A stretch of 64,000 bases of DNA from Bigelowiella natans CCMP2755. Lineage: Eukaryota > Protista > Cercozoa. Within the stretch, counting starts at the first letter, position 1. Every line of letters starts with the position of its first letter. Shown one piece after another: positions 13,895 to 25,047 of the stretch. The notes under the pieces are model-generated. The model searched no databases, was not told the DNA's origin, and saw only the letters and a program-made list of their open reading frames with translations. The stretch is from assembly GCA_000320545.1 (NCBI GenBank), contig ADNK01001088.1, positions 62,001 through 126,000 on the forward strand, written 5' to 3'. The translations under genes were made by a program, and so were the position numbers.

Positions 13895-15552
13895 TTATCT
13901 CCGAAAAGAAGCCCATTTTGCTGCTATCTTTGGGACAAGAACAGGAAGTATCGCTAAATTCAAAGGAGCTGGATAAATATGAACGCAACAAATTAATAAC
14001 GATCAAAGTAGACTTTTACGTGCGATTAGTGTTAGTTTGACGAATAACCTAGAAATGCTGCGAAAGTCACCGCTGCGGCCCAGGTTCCAAGAGCTAAGTA
14101 CATTAACAGTTAGTTTCCACGTACGGTTGATGAGGTATAGTCCCTTCCCCAAAGTGGCATCTATCTATGATCAATTCAATTAAAGAACATGATGTGTGCA
14201 TATATTTAAAATGATAGTGGTTGTACTTTCTCCCAACGCCTCGGATACGCCAAAACGTGATATTATCCACGAAACGTCCAGCCCATGCAAAATGGCCTAG
14301 GACAGCAAGTTGTTGTGTCTAAATAATTCTTTCAGTTTGGAAATAAGATGGAAGTAATTTGTACCTGGTAGAGGGAGAATATGATCGTAACTCCCATAGC
14401 ACGGGAACCGAAATAGTAAGCCGCTCCATACACATTTATCAATTCACTTCCTTTTTCCCATAGCTACTCATAGATCCAATATAAAAGAAGGAAAATCAAA
14501 CATAAAGGCTCCTGAGTTACCATTTTTCGTGTAAAATTCCACATATTTTTCTATGTAAACTGTAAAACTCCAGCATATTTTTCGGTGTAATACCTTCATT
14601 GCCCAGGTTTGATTTTCATTCCCAACCTATGTTTAAAAATACAATCACCAAGCTTGCTTATTTTTTCTTCAAATGCTTATTCCTCAAATACATTGTCTTT
14701 ACCTTTTCTGGAGATGGTGATGACTTCTCTGTGACTAGACCAGAGAGTGCCATTATGTTGATCTTCGTGAGCGAAGGGAATACACGCGCAAGGGTTGCGG
14801 CAGCCTTTATAAAACCGCAGTCAGTTCGTTCTATTGCTTGTAATGAAAGTCTGACGTTACCGCAATGTTCAGTGGAAGCCGTATCCGTTTTATTGGCCTG
14901 AAGGCGAGATGAATACATCCCATTCAGATACTCAAAACTATATTACCAGCCTTCTCTACCTCGAAATAGCAAAAGCCAAAGCATACTCTGCACTGAATTT
15001 TATTCCAAGGAGACCTGATGAAACTCATGAATCTGGTAGATTTGATTAGCGTAAGTTTCTTTAGGCACCTAGGGTCTTGTAAATCGACCCAACAGCAGAA
15101 AGCTCCAGGAACATCTGATGATGCATTAACTTTCAATCCAACAAGGGGCAATTCATACCCTGAAAAAATGCTATTACGAATGTCCAAAAGGATTCCATTG
15201 GATATTTTTCCAGGCAAACATTTAGACGTCCAACGAGTCGCTCCATTGCAGATGAATCTTGATTAAAACGAGATTATGATGCAATGCACACATCTTTGGA
15301 TGAGCTACCTTCTTGCTTTACTGGAGCATCCTGCTGCGAGCTGTAGGTTCTACTTTTTGAATTGCCTGGAAGGTAAAGGGCCCGGATCTTGGCTGGAGCC
15401 ACCCCCAAGTTTTGGTAATTCCTCCTCCCATCCTTCCAGAACAACCGATGGGTGTCGCAGAGTGGGATGCATCCTCTGGAATACATCGTTGCGGCGCGCA
15501 TCGGCATCATCCCGGCACGGGCGATCATTTGACGTGCAAGTAGCAGATGCAA
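13895..15552 (-). CDS. Probable mitochondrial DUF1279/FAM210-like membrane protein
   Basis: Arg-rich, acid-poor N-terminus (MHLLLARQMIARAG..); 3' exons YGAAYYFGSRAMGVTIIFSLYQ|AILHGLDVSWIISRFG, ALGTWAAAVTFAAF, APLNLAILPVLVPKIAAKW* resemble DUF1279 by recall. Confidence 0.5.
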
Positions 15553-16277
15553 TGCAGAACAGGGCCGAAGGGTATTCCTTCGTGTCTGTCTGTGAAGCGA
15601 GCAAGTGGCTGCTATGAGGAGATCGATGCAGTAGCTGGCTCGTGCAGGTGTGCGAACGCGGGGGGGGTTCCGTCCGTCCGTCCGTCGTTCGTTCGTTCGT
15701 ACGTACGTTGTCGGTCGGAGTCGCTGTGCAGGAGGAGAGGTGAACAGAGAGAGAAAGACGAAAGAACATCGAACAGAAAAAAGGAAAGAATAGGAAATAA
15801 TAACAACGAGAAACTACTACTACTACTACTACTACTACCACGTACGTACGTAGCACATGAAGCACAAGAAAAAGAAGAGAAGAAGAGGCAAGAGAAAGAA
15901 AACGTTCTAGTCTGGTAGTTCGACCGAGTATTGAGCAGACCAACCGACGACGAAGCAACAACAAGAAAAACCCGGCATTGCAATAAACACAAATATAATC
16001 ACGATATACCCGCAAAACTTCCCAGGGAAATCAGGAAATCGTCCACATTTCAGCCCTGCTCTTGCAGCTGCAAATACCACGAGAAACTGATCAGGGTGGT
16101 GAGCATATTTAATAGTCGCGAAGAATTATTCTTTCTTTTGTCCTGAAATCCTTTGGAAATCCTAGAAATAATAGCTGCAAAACGTTGACGCACACGGTAA
16201 ATCACAAGCGTTGAGGGGCCTGGTAATCCTCTGCCAGATTGGCCAAGCAAGGAGCAGGCCTCTCCCCCTCCTCCACG

Positions 16278-17555
16278 ATGATGGCCGGGGGGAACGGAAG
16301 TGGAAGCATTTATGGCCAGAATAGCATTGACGGCAACTACAACAACAACAACGGGGGTGACGCTAACAACGTGTTAATGCCCCTCCAGAGAAACAATGAT
16401 GCCGTAGTAGATCCTTTAACGGGTCAGCACCTTTTGGCAGGGCGATCTGCTAGAAATCTTATCCACCAGGTAACCATACTCAACATCTTCGTTCGTCTCT
16501 TTCAGTCCAGCCAGATAAAATATCGTATCTGTAGATAATCCCACGAAGGCGTACTGCGTTGCGTACTCGTATCTGAAATTATCCTAACTTTTTTGTCAGA
16601 GGGCTGCTGCACGAATGCTTCTGGTTCTACTGGCTGTGCTGTGCACCGTGAGCTTTGTAAGCCTTGATCGCTGTTACAGTTGCTCTCTTCTCATAATCCA
16701 ATCCATGCTCTCTTCGTCGACGTCGTAGGTTGCGTTGGGGTGGGTCCTCATTGAGTTCGCGAAGCATGAGAAAGATGAATGTGACGTGCCATTGGCGCTG
16801 TACGTAAAGGTGGGCTGTTTAACTGCGTTTTGAACGATAAATTGACCAACGGTACTTTCAGGTTTGGGTTGTGCTGTGGCTGTTCGGTGTCTGGAAGAAA
16901 GAGTTGTTCCACAAGATACTCCTGAGATGGTCACCACAAGGTACCACGCAACATCACGGCGTTTGAATCATCCCGGTAGTGAGACTAGGTATTTTTCTGA
17001 ATGGCAGATGGCGCTCCACCTTTTCGCGTGAGGCTCGTCGACTCCATATATTTAAGTGCTGTGCATGCCTGGGTAGCCATGGGAATATATTGGGTGGTCT
17101 CTTCCGAGACATGCCATGAAACTGCATCAGAGGTAATGCTGCATGAATGACATCGTTGATGTGAAGCCGTCCGTGCGCCTCTACCATCACCAATATCGCC
17201 ACCATTAATAAATTATCATGGATATATGCAGTTATACACGGCAGTAAAGTGGTGGGTGAGTTTGCAAACCGTAGTTCTAGCTATGAGCTCCATAGCAATA
17301 CTTGCATCCAGGTAATATAGCCTTCCCTTTTCCTTTGCTGTTTTCTCTCCATCATCCCTTTTGTCACGTGTCTCCATCTTACGAGACTTATGAGACGACG
17401 AGTGTAGGAAAATCATCTTTGTTCTCCTCAGGAATTTGATCTCCTGGGTACAGAACAGTAGTACATTCACCTTCGCCGAAGATCCTCGTGTAATTGTATC
17501 GAGAATGGAGGAAGTTAAATTCGATCCCGCGGTATTAAGATGATGTGTGTTCTAT

Positions 17556-17598
<43 letters not shown>

Positions 17599-17966
17599 AT
17601 GTTGTCTGTTAGACGCCTCAAGAATTAGCTACGTGTGACAGGTTCTAGTGGAGGAGAATGGCGAGGTTGAACATTGCTCGGTTTGCCAAGAGGCTTTCGA
17701 TCGGAATAAGACCATTCGCAGGTATTTGCATTTATCGTATACAAGATGATTTTCCTTTCATCGAGATTCAACTACTTGTTTTACAAAGGACGCCATGTGG
17801 ACATGTTTTCCATGAAGTCTGTCTCGCAACATGGTAATCAATACATTTACTCAATTTTCGTGTTCGAAAATGAAGATGATAACGTCCATCCCCAGGTATC
17901 AACGAAAGCCCACCTGTCCGTTGTGCAGAGCAGAGCATATAGGGGGGGGAGGAGCTGGTGCCGTAG
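16278..17966 (+). CDS. Transmembrane RING-H2 E3 ubiquitin ligase
   Basis: Hydrophobic exons plus ECDVPLALY; C-terminal CSVCQEAF..RTPCGHVFHEVCLATW|YQRKPTCPLCR; stop 17964-17966. Confidence 0.88.
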
Positions 17967-18417
17967 GCAATAATCCTATCAGCTACGCAGCTATTGTTTA
18001 GTTTTATCTTTATCCTTCACCTTTGAGTTTCTTCTCCGTGTAAATTCTATACTTAGTTTATGTACGATTTGTATTGGCAAGCAAACATTAGTACACGTCT
18101 TGTTCAGAAATAAAAATGTAGATAGATTTTAGCACTGCCCACGTAATTCTTATTCCAATATGATAAATCTCGGTCGAACATACAGTCAAGATGTGTCGTT
18201 AAGGTGGCACGTAGATTTTCCGTCTTGCAGCACCCGTGTGTGTGATTTGCAGTTATGGTCGTGTCTAGCATTCCTAATTCACAAAACAATCTGTTCTTTG
18301 TAACATTTTCTAAGTTGAATCATAGCATGCTGCACAATGTTGCGTATATGCACGTACTTCTGTACTAGTTGCACTGTTGCTACTCTACTATACCCACGCT
18401 TTGAACAGCAATAATAA

Positions 18418-18418
<1 letters not shown>

Positions 18419-18489
<71 letters not shown>
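18419..18489 (+). repeat. Compound (TA)n(TG)n microsatellite (similar at about 33036-33102)
   Basis: Direct read. Confidence 0.95.
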
Positions 18490-18490
<1 letters not shown>

Positions 18491-18655
18491 ATCCAAGCAG
18501 TGCATTGTCGGGCAATAGCTACTCACGCGCTGATGATTATCGTATTGGCGGCGCGCTCTACGCACATATGTCTACATATCAGCATACCTATGGTTGTTGA
18601 TGATCAGTGCTAGCTATGTCATGTACGATGCACAACCTCTCCGCTTGATATAGGC

Positions 18656-18817
18656 ACATTAGGATGACTAAATTGAAAAAAAATGCATTTGTTTCAGTAC
18701 ATCCGTCTCATTGCACACTTGCTGAAACAAAGAAGTCTGGAAGTGTTTGCTGACACAAGCACTATAGCACAACTTAAGCGCTGTGGCAACTGCTATGCAA
18801 AGCTAACTTAGGATGAC
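18656..18817 (-). repeat. Dispersed ~100-bp repeat, two partial diverged copies (18656-18711 and 18769-18817)
   Basis: Reverse complements read ATGAGACGGATGTACTG..TTTTCAATTTAGTCATCCTAATGT and GTCATCCTAAGTTAGCTTTGCATAGCAG..CACAGCGCTTAAGTTGT. Confidence 0.75.
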
Positions 18818-19290
18818 ACTTAAACTTTTTAATAATAAGCGATGTACTTGACTCTAGCTGCAAGTTGCTTTGTGCACAGCGCAATGATGTAATAGTAATA
18901 TAAAGCATTAACGACGTCTAAATCTAGAGGGGGCCGAATAGCGTATTATTACACGACTACTAGCGATTATAATTATAGCGCTTCCATGTTGAACCACCAG
19001 TTCCACGTAGCGGTGGCAGTGTGCGTTATACAACATTAGTGCTGCACATTGATGACATAAACGGTATTATAGTCAAGAAAGTGCATGCTCTTATAGCTTC
19101 TGCACCGCCTGCCACGAAGGATTGAGCGAGTCAGTTGTGCCGTCTAAAATGCCGCACAAGGCCGCTGCTGCGCTCTATTTGCTGTATTTTGATGGTCAGC
19201 ATGCTACACTGGGAAAACTTTGTTCGGCAGGCGATTTCACGTTGCTATTAATCCGTATGCCGTAGTCATAGCTCGAGCTCGGCCAAAGAT

Positions 19291-19955
19291 CTATATCAAA
19301 TCTCCGTTTAGACCACATGTACGAGCTATTATTAGCTCTCCATTTCCATTTTTGCACGTCCAAGACGCCTTTATCCCGAGCTCCTTCGCTTTCTCATAGC
19401 AGGCCTTCAGCAATGAGGGAAAGGCTCCGAGACTGACAAGAGGCATTGGGCATTGATCAGATCACAAAATCATTAATAAATGGGTCGTGGTATAGTCACC
19501 GGTTACACTCTATAAAGCCCTTCCTCATAGGAAGGACAGGGAACAGGTCCTCTATCTCCTTGATCGAAAGCCGCGCAATCTCCATTGTCCTCTCGTAGAA
19601 TGGCTCCCACGCAGAGCAACACATCCGTGGCCCTTTAGCCGCCACCTCGCATTTCTCCCACGGGCTTATCATCTCGAAGTAGCTGCAGCATAAATGGCAT
19701 TTAATCAATGCGGTTGCTACCTCATTCTGAAGCTGCATGTAATGGCGTTTGGCGACGATCGATGAAGAGATGGTTGATGGTAGTAGCATGTTAGCACCAC
19801 TTATTACTACGAAGACACAGGCAAATCATTCACCTATCACAGAGCGACCGTTGGCACAAATACACCCAATCATTAGTAGCTTGCCCAAAGATAAACTTTG
19901 CCGGAGGCGTGTACACAACTAAATAAACATTCATGTGTTTAAGATATGAGCCTCC

Positions 19956-20006
<51 letters not shown>

Positions 20007-20273
20007 ATGTGTGTGTATGTGTATGTGCTGTGGTAAATCGATGTTTGCACACTACTACATAAGTCTGATATCTCTCTGTTCGATCAGAGGTAAGTAGCAA
20101 AATCGTATTAATCGCTCGATCCATCAAGATTTGTCCAGTTCAACAGTGGGGAAGGGATAGAACCGCTGCTGCCTCTTGAATCTTTCTCAGCAGAGACTGG
20201 GTTGCTAAGAAAGCCCTCGATACTCGAAGTATCTCCCTCCTACATGGTGATGATCGATGGTGATGACCAATGA

Positions 20274-20305
<32 letters not shown>

Positions 20306-21756
20306 ATATGGAAAAACCACGAAAAATACTAGACAAACTGGCGTCAATCATATAGCCACAATGACAAATATACGAGAAAGAAAGGAGAATTACTACTACC
20401 TTTAAGAAGAGCAGATCTGGCCTTAAACGCACCATTATGTCGAACTTAAATCCTGATGCATCTTCAAACGCCGTTGCCATGCTAAATTCAGCATTAATGG
20501 AATAAGCACATCAACGTCCATCGCATTCTTTCTAATCATCGTAACCATCATCTTCACAAGGGTTATTTTATACACACACACATATATATAATATATGTAC
20601 CGGTATGTGTGTCGTACTCTGCGCCATGTGTGCCAAAAACGATCCAAGTCTAAAAGATGAGTCGCCCTCTGTGCGCACAACGTTCTCCTCTCAATGCAAT
20701 GAACGCAAGGGAAAAGAAAGCAATGTTCTCCTCTCAATGCAATGAACGCAATGGAAAAGAAAGCAGCTTTTATGCCGAGATCTGAGTCTTATGTGCATTC
20801 AAGATCGTGATCTGTCAGTGAGTTGCAAAGTGTCGATTGGGGACACCGCACTCAATGCTAGTTACTCCTCCATTTCCACGCTTTTGCTGCCTAACCCTTA
20901 CTACTACTATCATCACCGATTTCCAGTCACAGTGCTGTCTGTAATGTTGTGGTACAGCTGCACGATCTTCGTAAACCTGATCGTGCCATCGAAACAGCAC
21001 TGAGTCATGGAAGAAGGACAGGCGAGATTTCTAGGAAAATAGAGAAATTGCACCCCCCACGGAGAACACGTACTACATGCATATACACACTGAGTCGGGT
21101 GTGATTTACTTCGAATTGGATCGCCTGGATGTAGCCCTCGCCATCCGTTGAGTTCCACTCAGAAGTTATCCACTCCCTCACAACGTCTGGCGACGCCTGT
21201 ACGATTACAACCATTAGGAGAGCGGTCAAGCAGCTATATGGTGAGAAAGGGGACAAAGGGGTCGGTTGCTTGCTACCCCTTGGAACAGCGGACGGTTTCT
21301 GAACGCATCTCCATTGCCTGTCGCGAAGAAGAGCCAAACCTTTCGAGGAAGGAGTGGTTATATGACATGATTGCTTATAATTCTCTCGTTCTTCGTCTTG
21401 GACGCCTATAAATTGTTGCTACTAAATAAAACATAGTGTTAGGGTAGGAAGGGCACCTTATAGCCTTTCACTACAAGCGGTTCAATGATCCCCTTCAACT
21501 GAGATGTCCGAACTTCTTTCATCTCAAATGCCCTGATGTGCCCGGTGAATAGAATTGCGGCTCTCAGTTGGTGATTAGGCTTCGCCGTGGAACCTGCCCT
21601 TTCTTTTGGGGACGAGGAAGAGTTCGTTGGGGCTGAATATGCTTCTTCCACGTTGATTATGATTTCGTCGTGTAGCTCAAAGCCCTCTCCGCGTTCTCCG
21701 GCAATTTGTTGCTAGTGTAAATATTGTTTTATGAAACATGCAGACATGTCAAAGTT

Positions 21757-21795
<39 letters not shown>

Positions 21796-21969
21796 ACATT
21801 AGCACCGCATGTGCGCAAAGACATGTTCAAAATTGCGTATGTGCATACATAGCGTTGACGAGAACGAGGTGCGATAGCTAAAACACCTTTTCAGAAGTAA
21901 AGCCGAAGAATATAACTATGAGTGCCACCAGTGAAGCGGCCATGGTGGCACTTTTGAATTCGGATGCCA
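19291..21969 (-). CDS. Type II membrane protein, putative glycosyltransferase-like
   Basis: N-terminal TM (AASLVALIVIFFGF), AAILFTGHIRAF, FDIMVRLRPDLLF, ATNDWVY motifs; exon chain only partly reconstructed. Confidence 0.55.
20682..20765 (+). repeat. Short tandem duplication (about 43-bp period) within the gene at 19291-21969
   Basis: GTTCTCCTCTCAATGCAATGAACGCAA.GGAAAAGAAAGCA occurs twice. Confidence 0.85.
21759..21793 (+). repeat. (CA)n microsatellite (others at about 25014-25046, 30903-30929, (TG)n 35766-35815)
   Basis: Direct read. Confidence 0.95.
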
Positions 21970-22280
21970 TTGATCTCGTCGCTTCAAATGGCGTTCTGAT
22001 CTGAGAGACTTGGGAGATTGCTATGGGATTCAACCCTTCGGTGTAGTAACCTGAGGTACGCCACCTGTTGTCGCAATCATCCCTTTACTCTCTTCGCTTG
22101 GTTCCCAGGAGGCATATCATCACCCATTGAAATTCATCCATTCATTCATTCATTCATTCATTCTCCTCTGCTGTGATCCATGATCTGGCTTTTTCTTCGT
22201 GGTTAGCCGACGAGCTTATTATTATTCTCTTGCTCCCTCTCAGAGGAGTCTCCTGAGTCTCTCTCTCTCCACTTAAAAAG

Positions 22281-22376
22281 ACTCGAGTGATCCTCTCGAG
22301 TTGCACTCACAAGTCCGGTTCCAAATGAACTCGAGGGACCCTCTCGAGTTGCACCCACAAGTCCAGTTCCAGATGA
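22281..22376 (+). repeat. Tandem 48-bp direct repeat (2 copies), each with two CTCGAG palindromes
   Basis: ACTCGAGTGATCCTCTCGAGTTGCACTCACAAGTCCGGTTCCAAATGA / ACTCGAGGGACCCTCTCGAGTTGCACCCACAAGTCCAGTTCCAGATGA. Confidence 0.9.
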
Positions 22377-22854
22377 CGACAGGAAGATGACAACAGAGTG
22401 AGTGCTCCTTTGGTGCAGTCATGCCAGGGGCTCCCATCTTCCTTCTCATGTGGCCCTCCACCTCAACTTGCAGCGTTGTGAGAAAAATGAAAAGAAATGT
22501 GTTCTTCCAAAAAGCATCAGCGCTTGCTCAATCAGTGTGTCAGCTAGATTCTCAAATGATCACATGACAAACACGTTCGCTTTCAGTTCATCTTTTTGGG
22601 ACACGGGTGTTGCACCCCACAGTTTTGAAATGACGACCAGAAAACCACGGCGTCACCGAAGTGAGACACATGCGACGTGCATGAATGATCGTCAGCGCGC
22701 ATGCTCATCGACCAAGCGCTCTAGCGCTGCTCATGCGAGGCTGTTGTTGAAGCTGCTGCAGCGCGTACCACTACGCGGGCACAAGTCACGTGCGACAACA
22801 AAGGGGTTGTCGCGGACATAGAACATAGATAACGTAGATATTAATATAGCATAG

Positions 22855-22940
22855 GCACGTGGGTTCCGGCGGGACCCATGGCAGCACACCGGAAGTGTGC
22901 TGCCCCACGTGCGGCGGCATTCGCGAAAGCTTCGCGAATG
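22855..22940. other. Multi-hairpin structured element (branched stem plus a separate hairpin), function unknown
   Basis: GCACGTG(22855)/CACGTGC(22912) enclosing GGTTCC/GGGACC and the perfect stem GGCAGCACAC/GTGTGCTGCC; then perfect CATTCGCGAA/TTCGCGAATG. Confidence 0.7.
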
Positions 22941-23692
22941 ATCACGTAGTGCACGATTCAATGAAAATGTAATCTTCAATAGAAATAAACATAACTGTTC
23001 AAAAGGAAGCAAACGTGCCTTTCCCCCCCCTGCTTACTTGTGCACGTAGCGCCTCGGCCTGTGAGCACCTTGCGCGCAACACTGCGTCAGACGCGATTGG
23101 CTGCGTGTCGTGGTAGTCGCACGCAAGAACGACCGCAGCGTTCGATCACACTCACGCAGTTTGTTTCATGCACACGTGCTGCACTGAACGACGTCAATCA
23201 TCGACGCACAACGTGTGCAATGCACTCTACGTGCGGTTCATGCATTTGCATTGTTTGATTTTTCGTGCATGCGCTGCAGCAGGCGTGTGGCAAAAAGTTG
23301 TGATGTCAGTTGAGCATGACGTCTCTGCTCGCTCGATGCCGCACCTGTGCCGCAGTGCCGCAGCACCGCAGGATCAAAGTTTCATTGCATGCACGCACAC
23401 ACACTAGACACACCTATGTGCATTTGTGTGTAGTAGCCAGTGACACGGCGGAGATTTTGTGCATTCTGCTCGATCGTTTGCTGGATTGATGCACACACTC
23501 CACACTTAGTCCTTGCAAGACAAGTCACAACGTGAATGATGTGCATTTTGTCAAGGTGACAAATTAGCACGCACCCAATGTACAAGATGATACAGCAATG
23601 TAACAAATGAATGTTTGATGCACTCATGCATTCGTTATCGATGCTCAGCAGTAGCCATTCTGCAGTTTCAGTCTGTCCTGAGCGTCTAGTTT

Positions 23693-25008
23693 CTAGATCT
23701 CAAGATCACGAGCTGCTGTGCTGACGTATTCACTCTTCTTAATTTTCTGAACTTTGCTAAGAATGGTATTGAAGAAGCTTTCTAGGTAGTCCTAAGAAAA
23801 ACAGTCCAAACGGAATAATCAGTTGTTGTGTTTTGCTACCCAATAGCTAATTCTCAAGTGAATGAAAATTAATCTTAATGTGATGACAACAAACCACACA
23901 ACATTTTTTTTTTACTAAATCCAAACAAAGGAACAATTTTTGATTTATTAAAAAAAAAAGATAGAAACCACGTTGATTCAGAGATATAACCTATACATTA
24001 TCATAATTATTATCATTGTCATTGTCATTATCATTTCTTTTCGTCATTACTGGAAGCGTCGTAAGGGAATCAGGGTCAACTCCAAGGGTGTCGCATGTAG
24101 CCTTCATATCGCCAGTCAGAGCGGTATTTTGTGACATAACCTATCGTCGTATTTTTTGCAGGTTATGATGACATCTAGTGAGAAGGCAGATTATCTGGTT
24201 TTGGATAAATAAATAATCAATCAATTAGCGGAAGACGAACCTCTGCAAATGAAAGACGATCGGCAGCATCCTGCGCCCACTTGAACAAGTTAAGGAAACC
24301 TCTCATGCCCTAATTAATAACATGCGGCAAAGGAATACGGGTTCAGTCGTCAAACAAAAGCTTTCCGTTGCGAACATGTTGATCACAGTCTAGATCTTTA
24401 CTATTTTTTTCTTCTCCTTCTCAGGATGCTGCAGGGAAGACTCATGATGAGCACCGCATTCATATCCACTCACCTTAAGGAAGAATCCTGGAGCTTTGAT
24501 GACTTTCGCATCGGATCCTGAGTATTTCTCGCACAGACTGATAACCTGATATGACATGTTTACCACAATTTAAAATCATAACACCAAGTCAACATCACGG
24601 TCTCTGTTCAGTCGAAAAGTGATTAACTCCCCGCACCCCCTTCCTTCCTCACACGGGTATTGCTGCAGTACCTCCTGAGTGGAGTAGGACGAAGGTCCAG
24701 AAAGGGTCAAGGTTTTTCCGTATGCGTTTTCATTCTCGACTGGAAGAATTAAGCAATGTCAATGAAAGGTGCAACGACCCAAAGTAGGTTGAAGTTTAAA
24801 ATTTATGCAAGCCGAGTGCTGTTCATGAAGGCGACGACGTAGAACGGGATGGAGAGTGTGATAGACTACGACGACGACGGCGACGACTGAAATTGTGACA
24901 GAAGTAGTCATAGCAGGAACCTGCTGCCAAAGCTAGCCGAGCAGCATCAACAGAGTTAATATATGCAATGGAGGACTCCGAATCTGTGCCCCAAACGTTT
25001 TCCCTAAT

Positions 25009-25047
<39 letters not shown>

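Noticed and set aside
15350-16015. 221-aa and overlapping ORFs in the divergent gap
   Set aside because: Made of simple repeats (CCGT/CGTT, CTA, AG-rich); likely promoter or UTR sequence.
18419-18489. Compound (TA)n(TG)n repeats as products of TA->TG mutation
   Set aside because: Such compound microsatellites are common in eukaryotes through slippage, and the adjoining (TA)n is intact.
22281-22376. Direct repeats resembling a CRISPR array
   Set aside because: Two adjacent units without unique spacers, eukaryotic context, no cas genes.
22402-23627. Cys/His/Arg-rich, mostly Tyr-poor ORFs in TA-depleted tracts (also 419-755, 31854-32485, 46417-46644)
   Set aside because: Loss of TpA removes TAA stops and TAY codons, which lengthens spurious ORFs; no domain motifs or splice structure.
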